A DNA stretch of 42,279 bases, from positions 1-42,279 of the forward strand of contig JAHHST010000001.1 of the NCBI GenBank assembly GCA_020025055.1. The letters run 5' to 3'. The position numbers and the translations under genes were made by a program. This stretch comes from Longicatena sp. Its GTDB lineage: Bacteria; Bacillota_I; Bacilli_A; Erysipelotrichales; Erysipelotrichaceae. This document shows positions 8,024 through 17,707 of this stretch, piece by piece (position 1 is the stretch's first letter; every line of letters begins with the position of its first letter). Below the pieces are notes generated by a model. That model was not told where the DNA came from, did no database searches, and saw only the letters and a list, made by a program, of their open reading frames with translations.

Positions 8024-9040
8024 TTATCTTATTTCTTGTGAATAACTATCTCGATATGCTTGATATTCCTTTTCATACATATTTAAAATATTTTCTAATT
8101 CTTCATATGTATTAATTTTTGTTAATTGATCCTTTAAATGATGGCTTTTTGGCAATCCCTTCACATACCATGCAGCATGTCCTCGCATTTCTCGCATACC
8201 CACTTTTTCACCTTTTAAATCACAAAGTCTTTTTGCATGTAATCTTGCCATAGTAAATTTTTCTTCTACACTTACTTCTGGCAATTGTTCTTTGGTTTCT
8301 AAATAAGTTGCAACTTCTTTAATCAACCATGGATCTCCTAATACACCACGTCCAATCATAACCGCATCACAACCAGTTTCTTCTAACATACGCTTTGCAT
8401 CTTGAGGACTACGAATATCTCCATTTCCTATAACCGGTATGGAAACGGCATCCTTTACTGCTTTTATATAGGACCAATCTGCATTTCCTTCATACATTTG
8501 TACACGTGTTCTACCATGTACTGCAATTGCTGAAACACCTACAGCCTCTAATCCTTTCGCAAGTTCAACACAAGTGATATGATCTAAGTCCCACCCGATA
8601 CGCATCTTCACAGTAACTGGTTTTTTTACGCTTTCCACAACTGCTTTTGTCATTTTAATGGCATGTTCAATATCTTTCATTAATGCACTTCCTGCATTTG
8701 ACTTAACAATCTTATTTACTGGACATCCCATATTAATATCGATAATATCGCAATCCGTTTTTTCATCTAATAACTTGGCTGCATATACCATTGTTTCAAT
8801 GTCATGCCCAAATATTTGCATTGTTAACGGGTGTTCTTCTTTTTCAACATTCGTCATCCCAATCGTTTTTTCATTATCATAATATAGAGCTTTATCACTT
8901 ACCATTTCTGTATAAATTAAACCTGCTCCAAATTGTTTACAAATAACACGAAACGCTGGATTACTAATTCCTGCCATAGGTGCAACAACTACACGGTTTG
9001 GAATTTCGACATCTCTAATCTTCCATGTATTATTTAGCAT
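8024..9040 (-). CDS. dusB: tRNA-dihydrouridine synthase
   Basis: Dus family TIM-barrel motifs (VVVAPMAGISNPAFR, DINMGCP, HGRTR). I chose the ATG at 9040 (MLNNTWKI). The tracked ORF extends to a TTG at 9049. Either start overlaps the hslO 3' end. Confidence 0.9.
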   Translation of the reverse strand: MLNNTWKIRDVEIPNRVVVAPMAGISNPAFRVICKQFGAGLIYTEMVSDKALYYDNEKTIGMTNVEKEEHPLTMQIFGHDIETMVYAAKLLDEKTDCDIIDINMGCPVNKIVKSNAGSALMKDIEHAIKMTKAVVESVKKPVTVKMRIGWDLDHITCVELAKGLEAVGVSAIAVHGRTRVQMYEGNADWSYIKAVKDAVSIPVIGNGDIRSPQDAKRMLEETGCDAVMIGRGVLGDPWLIKEVATYLETKEQLPEVSVEEKFTMARLHAKRLCDLKGEKVGMREMRGHAAWYVKGLPKSHHLKDQLTKINTYEELENILNMYEKEYQAYRDSYSQEIR

Positions 9041-9926
9041 ATTGCTCAATAAACCTTTCTAAATCACGTAATTCTTCTTCATTAAAATAATATTTTTCAT
9101 TACAGAAATTACATGTGATTTCACAACCGTGATCTTCTTCAATTAATTTTTGACGTTCTTCTTTTGATAATGTCACTAACACTCTTTTCATAGATGCTCG
9201 ATCACATTTACAACGGAATTCAATTTCTTGACTTGTTAGAATCTTTACATCATCAAATAAACTATGTAAAATATCTTCTAAACTTTCATTTTCACTTATT
9301 AATTTTGAAATTGGTTCCATATTAGAAACAATTTTCTCAACCTTAACAATATCTTCTTCTGTAGCATCTGGCATCATTTGAATAATCATTCCACCTGCTG
9401 ATTGAATCGTATTATCTGGATTTACTAAAACTCCTACAGATACGGCTGATGGTGTTTGCTCACTTACTGTAAAATAGTAGGCAAAGTCATCTCCAATTTC
9501 ACCACTTTGAAGTTCTACTGTTCCACTCCAATTTTCTTTCATATTCAAGTCTTTAATTACTTCTAAATATCCATCTTTTCCAACTGCTGTTCCGACTGCT
9601 AATTTTCCAGTATCATTATACTGCAACATGATGTGTGGATCTGAAACAAAACCTCTCACATGACCATCACTATAAGCATCTACTAGCACTGTACCAATTG
9701 GTCCTCCACCATTAATACGAATTGTAAGTTGTTCTTTATCACTTTTTAACATACTTCCCATTAGTGATCCAACACTCAACGTACGACCTAAAGCAGCTGC
9801 ACTTGTAGGCCACAGATCAAAGCGCTGACGCGCATTCTCTACTAGGTGTGTAGAGGAACAAATATATACACGAACACGTTCTTCACATGCCATTGCTTTT
9901 AATAAATAATCTTTCATTTTCGTCAC
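9030..9926 (-). CDS. hslO: redox-regulated chaperone Hsp33
   Basis: WPTSAAALGRTL and GGGPIG motifs. C-terminal zinc/redox switch CKCDRA ... CNFCNEKY (CxC ... CxxC). Confidence 0.93.
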   Translation of the reverse strand: MTKMKDYLLKAMACEERVRVYICSSTHLVENARQRFDLWPTSAAALGRTLSVGSLMGSMLKSDKEQLTIRINGGGPIGTVLVDAYSDGHVRGFVSDPHIMLQYNDTGKLAVGTAVGKDGYLEVIKDLNMKENWSGTVELQSGEIGDDFAYYFTVSEQTPSAVSVGVLVNPDNTIQSAGGMIIQMMPDATEEDIVKVEKIVSNMEPISKLISENESLEDILHSLFDDVKILTSQEIEFRCKCDRASMKRVLVTLSKEERQKLIEEDHGCEITCNFCNEKYYFNEEELRDLERFIEQYAK

Positions 9927-9958
9927 TCCTATTTCATTTGTAGTATATCATAAACAAT

Positions 9959-10008
9959 AAAAAAAAGAAAAGAAAACCTTGCGTTAAGATTATACTTAAT
10001 ACAAGGTT
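9959..10008 (-). terminator. rho-independent terminator of ftsH
   Basis: Minus strand: AACCTTGTATTAAGTATAATCTTAACGCAAGGTT followed by a long T-rich run (TTTCTTTTCTTTTTTTT). Confidence 0.7.
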
Positions 10009-10014
10009 TATTTA

Positions 10015-12021
10015 CTAGTTTTCTGAATCGTTTTTTGTTAATTCTTTTAAAGCATCTTCATACTTTTTTTCAACAACTTCTTGTTCTTGTGAAGTTAATT
10101 GTTTAGAAGTATTTTCTTCATTTTCATTTTGATTTTCTAATGCTTTTTCTTGTTCTATTTCCTTACGTTGCTCTTCCTGTAACTTTTCTTGTTCAGGTGA
10201 AGTAATTTTACCATAAGCAACTAAATTATTAATTTGTTCACTTGTGATTGTTTCTTCTTCAATTAATGTTTCTGCAATTAATGCTAATAAATCTTTATTT
10301 TCTTCAATGATTTGTTTTGCATGTGCATAACAATCATTGATAATTTTACGGATTTCTTTATCAATCTCATAAGCAATTTCGCCTGAGTAATTGCTTCCAC
10401 TACCATAATCTCTTCCTAAGAAAACATTTCCAGTTCCATCATCATATTGAATAGGTCCAAGAGATGACATACCCCAACTACGAACCATTGCTTTTGCAAT
10501 CTTAGTAGCTTTTTGAATATCATTACTTGCTCCTGCACTAACTTCATTAAACATAACATCTTCTGCAACACGTCCACCCATAAGACCTGTAATTTGTGCC
10601 ATGAAATCCGCTTTTGTAGGGAACATTTTTTCTTCTCTTGGTGTCATTAAGTTGTAACCACCAGCTTCTCCACGAGGAATAATTGTGACTTTTTCTACTT
10701 TATCAGCATCTTCAAGTTTTAAACCAATTACCGCATGGCCTGCTTCATGGTAAGCAACCAAGCGCTTTTCTTTTTCCGTATATTTTTTAGATTTTTTAGC
10801 AGGTCCCATCATAACACGGTCAATTGCTTCATCTAAATCTTCCATAGTAATCATTTTACGATGATCACGAACGGCTAAAATAGCACCTTCATTTAATACG
10901 TTTTCAAGATCTGCACCTGAGAACCCTGGAGTACGTTTAGCTAAAGATTCTAATGAGATATCTTTTGCTAATTTCTTATTTCTTGCATGTACTTTTAAAA
11001 TTTCAAAACGGCCTTTTTTGTCTGGTAAATTAACTGTAATTTGACGATCAAAACGTCCACTACGTAATAATGCAGGGTCTAATACATCAGGACGGTTTGT
11101 AGCAGCAATAATAACGATTCCCTTATTTTCTCCCATACCATCCATTTCAACTAACAACTGGTTTAAAGTTTGTTCACGTTCATCGTTTCCACCACCCATA
11201 CCAGCTCCACGTTGACGTCCAACAGCATCGATTTCATCGATAAAGACAATACATGGTGCATGTTGAGATGCTTTTTTAAACATATCACGTACACGACTAG
11301 CACCAGTACCAACAAACATTTCAACGAAATCAGAACCACTGATTGAGAAGAATGGAACATCTGCTTCACCAGCTACTGCTTTCGCAAGTAATGTTTTACC
11401 AGTACCTGGAGGACCTACCATTAACATTCCCTTAGGAATACGTGCTCCCATATCTGTAAAACGTTTTGGGTTTTTCAAATAGTCGATAATTTCTTTAACT
11501 TCTTCTTTTTCTTCATCACATCCAGCAACATCTTTAAAACGTACTTTAATGTTACCTTCAATTTTTGCTCTTGATTTACTAAATTCAAAAGCCTTATTAC
11601 TTCCACCTGATCCCATTTTAGAGAACATGAAGAATGCTAATCCTCCAAGAATCAAGAATGGCAATACACTTTTTAAGAATACTTCAAATAAAGACTCTTG
11701 ATTTGCATCATAAACCTTTACATTTGTATCTTTTCCTTTTTCAAAGACATTACTTAACCATTTTACATTTTCATCTGTATTTGGAACTACAACAGTAAAA
11801 GACTTTGTATTTTTTCCTTTTTCATAAGTACCACTTATGTTAATAACTGTTGTTCCAACAGACATATTAACATCTTTAAACTTCATTTTTTCAGCACTAG
11901 CTGCAAATTCATTGTACGTAAATTCTTTCGTATTACTTCCATTACCAAAGGTAATCAATAAAAGCAAAATAGAAATTACTAAAATGTAAGGCAATAAGCT
12001 AATTACCTTTTTCTTTTGCAT
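10015..12021 (-). CDS. ftsH: ATP-dependent zinc metalloprotease FtsH
   Basis: N-terminal TM segments, AAA+ Walker A GPPGTGKT, an SRH region, the zinc motif HEAGHA, and a long acidic C-terminal tail. Confidence 0.97.
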   Translation of the reverse strand: MQKKKVISLLPYILVISILLLLITFGNGSNTKEFTYNEFAASAEKMKFKDVNMSVGTTVINISGTYEKGKNTKSFTVVVPNTDENVKWLSNVFEKGKDTNVKVYDANQESLFEVFLKSVLPFLILGGLAFFMFSKMGSGGSNKAFEFSKSRAKIEGNIKVRFKDVAGCDEEKEEVKEIIDYLKNPKRFTDMGARIPKGMLMVGPPGTGKTLLAKAVAGEADVPFFSISGSDFVEMFVGTGASRVRDMFKKASQHAPCIVFIDEIDAVGRQRGAGMGGGNDEREQTLNQLLVEMDGMGENKGIVIIAATNRPDVLDPALLRSGRFDRQITVNLPDKKGRFEILKVHARNKKLAKDISLESLAKRTPGFSGADLENVLNEGAILAVRDHRKMITMEDLDEAIDRVMMGPAKKSKKYTEKEKRLVAYHEAGHAVIGLKLEDADKVEKVTIIPRGEAGGYNLMTPREEKMFPTKADFMAQITGLMGGRVAEDVMFNEVSAGASNDIQKATKIAKAMVRSWGMSSLGPIQYDDGTGNVFLGRDYGSGSNYSGEIAYEIDKEIRKIINDCYAHAKQIIEENKDLLALIAETLIEEETITSEQINNLVAYGKITSPEQEKLQEEQRKEIEQEKALENQNENEENTSKQLTSQEQEVVEKKYEDALKELTKNDSEN

Positions 12022-12040
12022 ATAAAACGCCTCCTTTTAT

Positions 12041-12580
12041 TTACTCATAGATTTCGCGTTTTAAAACTCCAATATATGGTAAATTACGATATTTTTGATT
12101 ATAGTCTAATCCATATCCAATTACAAATTCATTTGGAATCTTAAATCCAACATATTCTGCTTCAATATCTACAACACGACGATCTGGTTTATCAAGTAAA
12201 GATACAACTTTTACATCCTTTGCACCTTTATTTAATAACGTGCGTTCTACTTCTTTTAATGTTCTACCAGTATCTACAATATCTTCAACTAATAAAATAG
12301 ACATTCCTTGAACAGAACAATCTAAATCCTTGTCAATACGGATATCTCCAACTGATTTTGTTCCTTCATAACTTGAAACATCCATAAAATCAATTTGAAT
12401 ATCTAAATCGATATGTTTAATAATCTCTGCTAAGAACGGAACGCTCCCTTTTAATAATCCAACAACATATGGAACTTCCCCAGCTTTTTTATAATCTTCA
12501 GTGATTTGTGCACCTAATTCTACACATCTATTGATAATTTCCTCTTGTGAAACTAATACTTTTTCTACAACTTCATTCAT
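12041..12580 (-). CDS. hpt: hypoxanthine phosphoribosyltransferase
   Basis: PRPP-binding motif LLVEDIVDTGRTL. Size of 179 aa and position between tilS and ftsH match Bacillus. Confidence 0.95.
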   Translation of the reverse strand: MNEVVEKVLVSQEEIINRCVELGAQITEDYKKAGEVPYVVGLLKGSVPFLAEIIKHIDLDIQIDFMDVSSYEGTKSVGDIRIDKDLDCSVQGMSILLVEDIVDTGRTLKEVERTLLNKGAKDVKVVSLLDKPDRRVVDIEAEYVGFKIPNEFVIGYGLDYNQKYRNLPYIGVLKREIYE

Positions 12581-12607
12581 GATTTATCCTCCTAATACAG
12601 CTATTTC

Positions 12608-13828
12608 TTATTTTACCACAAATATGTTCGGATTGTTAGAAAAATGTGAAATATCACATCCAATTTGCGGTACTAAAATAACCTCTCCAGCCGCATTTTC
12701 AACAACTGGCCATATTTTTCTTTCCCATGATGGAATTTTTCGATCAATAAACCATCGATGAATCTTTTTCCTTCCAAACCGAAGCTTAATTGTGTCACCT
12801 TTTTGTACATTACGAATCGTGATTGGAAAATCACTTTTACTCAATGTCAAAGCTTCAACACTTTTACCTGATTGTTGAATTTTAAAATAAGGTGTTTGTT
12901 CATATAGGATAAAATCATATTGATATCGATAACTTTCATATTCTAGTTTACCAACATAAAGCCTTCCATATTCCTTATATACTCCATATTCTTTTGTAAT
13001 ATTCTTTTCCCAATTTTTTTTATTTTTTAACATTTCAGATAATTCTGTACATAAATTTTCAGATATATGTACATGAATTTTTTGATAAATCCATGTGCGT
13101 AAAATTCTTTTCACTTGATCTTCACTTTCTAAAAGCAAGCTTTCCGTATCTTCTTTCCACGTATTTAGAAAACATGACACTTCCTTCTTATGTGCTTCTA
13201 GTTGTTGATTTTTTAACTGAATTTCTTTTGCTAAAAGCTCTTTTTCATTTCTTGTCATATGATCAATGTAGGTATGACGTATTCGATTTCTTGTATAGTC
13301 ATCTGAAAAATTGCTTTCATCAAATCCATAAGGTACATGATGCTCAATACAATAAGCAAGTAAATCTTGCTTTGTATATTTCATCAATGGACGAATAATT
13401 CGACATCCATATAAATATGCATCCTCTTTAATTCCGTAATATTCTCCTTGACTATGTCTTTGTTTTTGCATCATATATGTTTCTAAGTGATCATCTAAAT
13501 GATGTGCTAATAACACCGCTTCCCCATGATATTGATCTATTAAACGCTTATAAAAAGCATATCTTTCTTCTCTTGCGAAAGCTTGAAAATTTCCAATACA
13601 CTCTTTATTTTGTTTTTCTACATAACAAGGAATTTTATATTTTTCACAATACTCACATACAATATTTTCATCACGTAATGCACTATCTCTTTTTTGATAA
13701 TTCATATGTGCAACTACAAACGATAAATGCTGTAATCGACACATTTCCATTAATGCCATAGAGTCTGGTCCACCACTAACCCCAAGCACATATATTTTAT
13801 TTTGATCTAAATTTTCCAATGTTTTCAT
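12608..13828 (-). CDS. tilS: tRNA(Ile)-lysidine synthase
   Basis: PP-loop motif GVSGGPDS near the N-terminus and a HHLDD motif. Conserved tilS-hpt-ftsH order. Confidence 0.9.
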   Translation of the reverse strand: MKTLENLDQNKIYVLGVSGGPDSMALMEMCRLQHLSFVVAHMNYQKRDSALRDENIVCEYCEKYKIPCYVEKQNKECIGNFQAFAREERYAFYKRLIDQYHGEAVLLAHHLDDHLETYMMQKQRHSQGEYYGIKEDAYLYGCRIIRPLMKYTKQDLLAYCIEHHVPYGFDESNFSDDYTRNRIRHTYIDHMTRNEKELLAKEIQLKNQQLEAHKKEVSCFLNTWKEDTESLLLESEDQVKRILRTWIYQKIHVHISENLCTELSEMLKNKKNWEKNITKEYGVYKEYGRLYVGKLEYESYRYQYDFILYEQTPYFKIQQSGKSVEALTLSKSDFPITIRNVQKGDTIKLRFGRKKIHRWFIDRKIPSWERKIWPVVENAAGEVILVPQIGCDISHFSNNPNIFVVK

Positions 13829-13834
13829 ATGCGT

Positions 13835-13862
13835 ATTATATACTAAAATGTTTGAAAATCAA
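13835..13862 (-). promoter_or_regulatory. candidate sigmaA promoter placing the tilS ATG at or next to the transcription start (leaderless)
   Basis: Minus strand: TTGATT (13857-13862) - 16 nt - TATAAT (13835-13840), then only ACGCAT before the ATG at 13828. There is no Shine-Dalgarno sequence. Confidence 0.4.
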
Positions 13863-13903
13863 GCTATTTACTATATTTCACATCATCTTCACAACTTCTT
13901 AGT

Positions 13904-13939
13904 AAAAGAAAAGCTACAATGTTCTCTTAACATGTAGCT
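13904..13939 (-). terminator. rho-independent terminator of spoIIE
   Basis: Minus strand: AGCTACATGTTAAGAGAACATTGTAGCT followed by TTTTCTTTT. The hairpin includes the spoIIE TAG stop. Confidence 0.7.
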
Positions 13940-15812
13940 AGCCCCTTTTTTCACTGCTTTCTTTAATTACTATATCAATCATCGTAGAATCATCTTTTCT
14001 TCTTTTTCTTGTTAATTGTGAATATAAACATGCAAGATTTTCTTTATTATTTTTTCCATTTCGCGTGTTGATCCAAGAATAAATTTCTTGTTTACTTATT
14101 CCATCACTTACCATAATAAATTCATCGTGTTTTTGTAATTGTACTTCAAAGCAATCTGGTTCGATTGTTGAAATGATTCCTACTGGTAACGCATTTCCAT
14201 TAATTTCAAATATTTCTTTATCTCTTATTAAATAGGTTGGACATGCTGCTGATTTTGATATGAGTGCTTTTCCATTTAACCGATTAATGCAAAGTACATC
14301 TAACGTTGCATACATATCACTTTGAATCAATTTATTAATACATCGAATAGCACTGTCTTGCGACATTCCACTCGTAATCATTCTTTGAAATATGCTTGTA
14401 ATTAACTTCGAACTTTCTGCTGCTTTTTTTCCATTTCCCATACCATCCGAAATCATACAAATCATACTTTGGCGAAAACGAAAGATTGAAAAGGTATCCC
14501 CATTTTCGGTATATGCATTTTTGATACTATCTCCATATGCTTCCATATCAAATGTTAATGCATCGCACATCATCATCGTAAAACCTTGAATCCAATGTTT
14601 TTTCTGAACACTGATTACCTCTAATTTACGATGTAAAAGATGTTCTAATAAAGGTTGAATTGTTGTACGAATTTCTCCTCTACGCATATTAGCAATCTCT
14701 AATTCAAAAGTAATACACCCATCTCTTTCCTCATCTATTTGTAATTTCAAAACTTCATATAAATATCCTTCTAGTGCTGTTCGTATTTGTTTTTCATAGT
14801 TTCCATCTACATGAACCTTTTGTATTTGTTCTGCATTATATTGTAATGCAGTAGCCATATTTTGTAACACTTCCGCTCCTGTATCATGAATTTGTTCATA
14901 ATACTCTGCCAACAATTGAAAAATTCCAGCATAATTATGAATTTGTCTTCGTAAAATATTATTGTGTTCTAAAAAACTATTTGTCTTTTTTATAGACTCA
15001 TGATGTAAAAAAGGAAGGTATTCTTTATGAATACAAACAACAAATATGATGATTGCAACATATAATATACATTGTTCTAACGTTAATGGTTTTGCAATCA
15101 TAATCATCGTTAATAAGATTGCTAAAAAGAATTTCTCTTTTTGAAAAATCATACATAATAAAATCATATATAGTTGTTCCATAGGAAGTGAAGAATATAA
15201 AATAACAAAACTTAATAATGCAATGGTTGTTTTATTGCTACAAATACATGCAATGCTTATATATGTAAAGAATAAAATACTTGTTTGATATAGAGGAAAA
15301 ACGGATGAAGCATAAAGACCAACAGCAACCATCATAGCTCCTAAAATACTTTCTGTGAATTGATAACAATGCTTTTCACAAGATACATCAGCCACTGCTT
15401 CTTTTAACAAAATAATCGCAACCATAGATTCCATTATCATAAATGGATGAAATCCAAAAGTTCGATATCCATATGGCAATAATACAATTCCTATAATATA
15501 GGGAATCCATTTATGAATCGATTGATTCATAAATTTTAACATATAAATTAATACATAAATTAATGTAAATCCTAATGCATAAAAATAAGTAATCGTAACA
15601 TTTCTATACAATAAACTTAATAATATCACAAATGTTCCAATATACGCTTCTCTATGATTTCTTAAATAAGAATAAGATACAAATATAAAAATACTAAATG
15701 GAGACAAGATTGTTGTCGTATTTCCTAAAAACAATGCAATACACGTACAAAGAACATCAGAAAATGTAATTCTAGGCCTTCCCCTTACCTTTTTAAGAAT
15801 TGCCCTTTCCAA
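13938..15812 (-). CDS. spoIIE: stage II sporulation protein E (membrane PP2C phosphatase), short form
   Basis: About 270 aa of multi-pass membrane segments, then a C-terminal PP2C/SpoIIE domain (GDTFSIF ... MISDGMGNGKKAAESS ... DDSTMIDIV). TTG start with RBS AGAGGTGG. Sits upstream of tilS as in Bacillus. 624 aa, versus about 800 aa as I recall for characterised SpoIIE. Confidence 0.85.
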   Translation of the reverse strand: MERAILKKVRGRPRITFSDVLCTCIALFLGNTTTILSPFSIFIFVSYSYLRNHREAYIGTFVILLSLLYRNVTITYFYALGFTLIYVLIYMLKFMNQSIHKWIPYIIGIVLLPYGYRTFGFHPFMIMESMVAIILLKEAVADVSCEKHCYQFTESILGAMMVAVGLYASSVFPLYQTSILFFTYISIACICSNKTTIALLSFVILYSSLPMEQLYMILLCMIFQKEKFFLAILLTMIMIAKPLTLEQCILYVAIIIFVVCIHKEYLPFLHHESIKKTNSFLEHNNILRRQIHNYAGIFQLLAEYYEQIHDTGAEVLQNMATALQYNAEQIQKVHVDGNYEKQIRTALEGYLYEVLKLQIDEERDGCITFELEIANMRRGEIRTTIQPLLEHLLHRKLEVISVQKKHWIQGFTMMMCDALTFDMEAYGDSIKNAYTENGDTFSIFRFRQSMICMISDGMGNGKKAAESSKLITSIFQRMITSGMSQDSAIRCINKLIQSDMYATLDVLCINRLNGKALISKSAACPTYLIRDKEIFEINGNALPVGIISTIEPDCFEVQLQKHDEFIMVSDGISKQEIYSWINTRNGKNNKENLACLYSQLTRKRRKDDSTMIDIVIKESSEKRG

Positions 15813-15836
15813 CAGAAACCACCTCTTTCTTTCACG

Positions 15837-15870
15837 ATTATAAAAGAAAATAAATTTGTTTTCTGTCGTT
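15837..15870 (-). promoter_or_regulatory. candidate spoIIE promoter with 21-nt spacer and a 0A-box-like element
   Basis: Minus strand: ACGACA (15864-15869) - 21 nt - TATAAT (15837-15842). The plus strand reads TGTCGTT (15864-15870), a 5/7 match to the Spo0A box TGTCGAA. Confidence 0.35.
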
Positions 15871-15906
15871 TTTTGTGAATATCCTTGATTTTTATAATCT
15901 ATATTT

Positions 15907-16482
15907 TTAATCTAAACAGTCTTTAACTTTTTCCTTAATATCATTAAATAAAGAACTATTGCGATCTAAATGTGATTTTACATCTATAATACGAGCTGTG
16001 TTGATCCACTTTGCGTCATTTAAAAATAAAACCGACTCTTTATTCATTCCTTTAATCTTTCCAAGCCTCATTAAATGTCGTTTCCCTTTTGGATTGTCTT
16101 TGCTGTATGCCTGCATATAGGCACTATGATTTCCACTCATCGGAACAACAAAAGCTTTATTATGAAATAAAGTTAAGATTAAACCAAAATGTTGGAATCC
16201 TATTTCATAAATATAAGCTTCACCAAAATCAATATAACAAATATCACCAACACGAATATCTACTCCTAATTCTGTACAACTCGTAACATTTTTTCTTTCA
16301 CGATAATTTGCACTACTAATTAATTTAGGTAATGCTTCTTTTACATCTAATACAGAATATTCTTGTGTCTGTTCTTGAATAATCATATCTACTAATTGAT
16401 TCCAATAACGCTTACCAGTAATTTTACCTTCTTTTTCTTCACTATCAATTAATTCTTGTAGCTCTTTAATCTCCACATACAT
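15907..16482 (-). CDS. MazF/PemK-fold domain protein with ~80-aa N-terminal extension
   Basis: The C-terminal ~110 aa follow the PemK/MazF pattern as I remember it: VGDICYIDFGEAYIYEIGFQHFGLILTLF..KAFVVPMSGN ... KESVLFLNDAKWINTARI, compared with B. subtilis EndoA [29 protein letters not shown]...VAAITA...RDSVILLEQIRTIDKQRL. The start is ambiguous (GTG 16485, ATG 16482, GTG 16476) around the RBS GAGGTG. Confidence 0.55.
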   Translation of the reverse strand: MYVEIKELQELIDSEEKEGKITGKRYWNQLVDMIIQEQTQEYSVLDVKEALPKLISSANYRERKNVTSCTELGVDIRVGDICYIDFGEAYIYEIGFQHFGLILTLFHNKAFVVPMSGNHSAYMQAYSKDNPKGKRHLMRLGKIKGMNKESVLFLNDAKWINTARIIDVKSHLDRNSSLFNDIKEKVKDCLD

Positions 16483-16577
16483 CACCTCATATAACTATAC
16501 TTTATGAACTCTTTTTTCTCGTAAATATGAAAGAAAATATATACATAGTAATGTAGTAATGAAATATTTTATATATT

Positions 16578-16605
16578 AAAAAAACCTGTAAATGACTCAC
16601 AGGTT
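16578..16605 (-). terminator. rho-independent terminator of tagO
   Basis: Minus strand: AACCTGTGAGTCATTTACAGGTT followed by TTTTTT. Confidence 0.8.
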
Positions 16606-16609
16606 ACTT

Positions 16610-17677
16610 CTATCCTTTTTTGAAAAGTTTTTGAATTTTTCTTTTAATTGTTTCTATAAGTGATATTAATGGGTGATACTTACTTGAAATCATATGACTT
16701 CCTTCAATAAATAATTCAACAATAATTACAAATATTGTTAAGACAATAAATCCAGCTGTCTTATTAATTAAATAAATATAGGCAGTAAAACCAAATAAAG
16801 CAGTCACTATATATAAAATAATCACTGTATTACGTTGTCCAAATTTTTTCATTAAAAGATGATGCACATGTTTTTTATCAGCTTCAGAGAATTTATGTCC
16901 AGAAAGTTTACGACGTAAGATTGCTCCTAATGTATCAATAATTGGTACAATTAGTAATAAAATAGGTAATGCTAAAGTCATAATTGTTGAACTTTTAAAT
17001 CCTAATAAAGAAATCGCTGAAATATTAAATCCTAAAAATAACGCTCCACAATCTCCCATAAAAATACTTGCAGGATGGGCATTATAAACAAGGAATCCCA
17101 ATGTTGCGCCAGCTAAAATCAAAGACATTACAGGAATATCTAATCTTCCATCTTCCATTGATAAGCAAGCAATAACAATCAAACAAATTGCGCTAATTCC
17201 ACCAGCTAATCCATCTAATCCATCAATTAGATTAACTGCGTTTGTAATTCCAATAATCCAAATAAAAGTTACTAATACAGAGATTAATCCCATATTAATT
17301 TGAATACCAAATGGTAATCGAATTGTATCTAGTCCTACTTTACCTACAATCATCAAAACAATAGCGGCAACTACTTCAAAGGCAAGTTTTTGTTTTGGAG
17401 AAAGATTGACCATGTCATCAATCAATCCTCCAAGAAACATAATACTTCCACCAACTAAAATACCATTAATTGTCATATCCGTTTTCATAAATATAGCCAT
17501 ACATACAATAAATGATATATAGATGGCTACACCACCAATTCTAACTATTTTTCCATGATGCACAGTTCTTTCGTTTTCTATTGCGTAAACTTCTAACTTT
17601 GTCGCAATCACTTTTAAAAATGGTGTAATAATCAAAGATAAAACCATTGGGATCATTAGATATTTTATAAAATCCAT
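16610..17677 (-). CDS. tagO: undecaprenyl-phosphate N-acetylhexosamine-1-phosphate transferase (glycosyltransferase family 4, TagO/WecA-like)
   Basis: Polytopic membrane protein with the MraY/WecA motifs NAVNLIDGLDGLAGG and GDCGALFLGF. Confidence 0.88.
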   Translation of the reverse strand: MDFIKYLMIPMVLSLIITPFLKVIATKLEVYAIENERTVHHGKIVRIGGVAIYISFIVCMAIFMKTDMTINGILVGGSIMFLGGLIDDMVNLSPKQKLAFEVVAAIVLMIVGKVGLDTIRLPFGIQINMGLISVLVTFIWIIGITNAVNLIDGLDGLAGGISAICLIVIACLSMEDGRLDIPVMSLILAGATLGFLVYNAHPASIFMGDCGALFLGFNISAISLLGFKSSTIMTLALPILLLIVPIIDTLGAILRRKLSGHKFSEADKKHVHHLLMKKFGQRNTVIILYIVTALFGFTAYIYLINKTAGFIVLTIFVIIVELFIEGSHMISSKYHPLISLIETIKRKIQKLFKKG

Positions 17678-17707
17678 AGATCCACCTCACTTATAAATTT
17701 TCTATTA

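Noticed and set aside
11163-11369. Same-strand out-of-frame ORFs inside ftsH (11163-11369), PTS IIC (26056-26244), atpD (32918-33139) and the surface protein (41931-42113)
   Set aside because: They are alternative frames of strongly conserved coding sequence and have no start context. Treated as noise.
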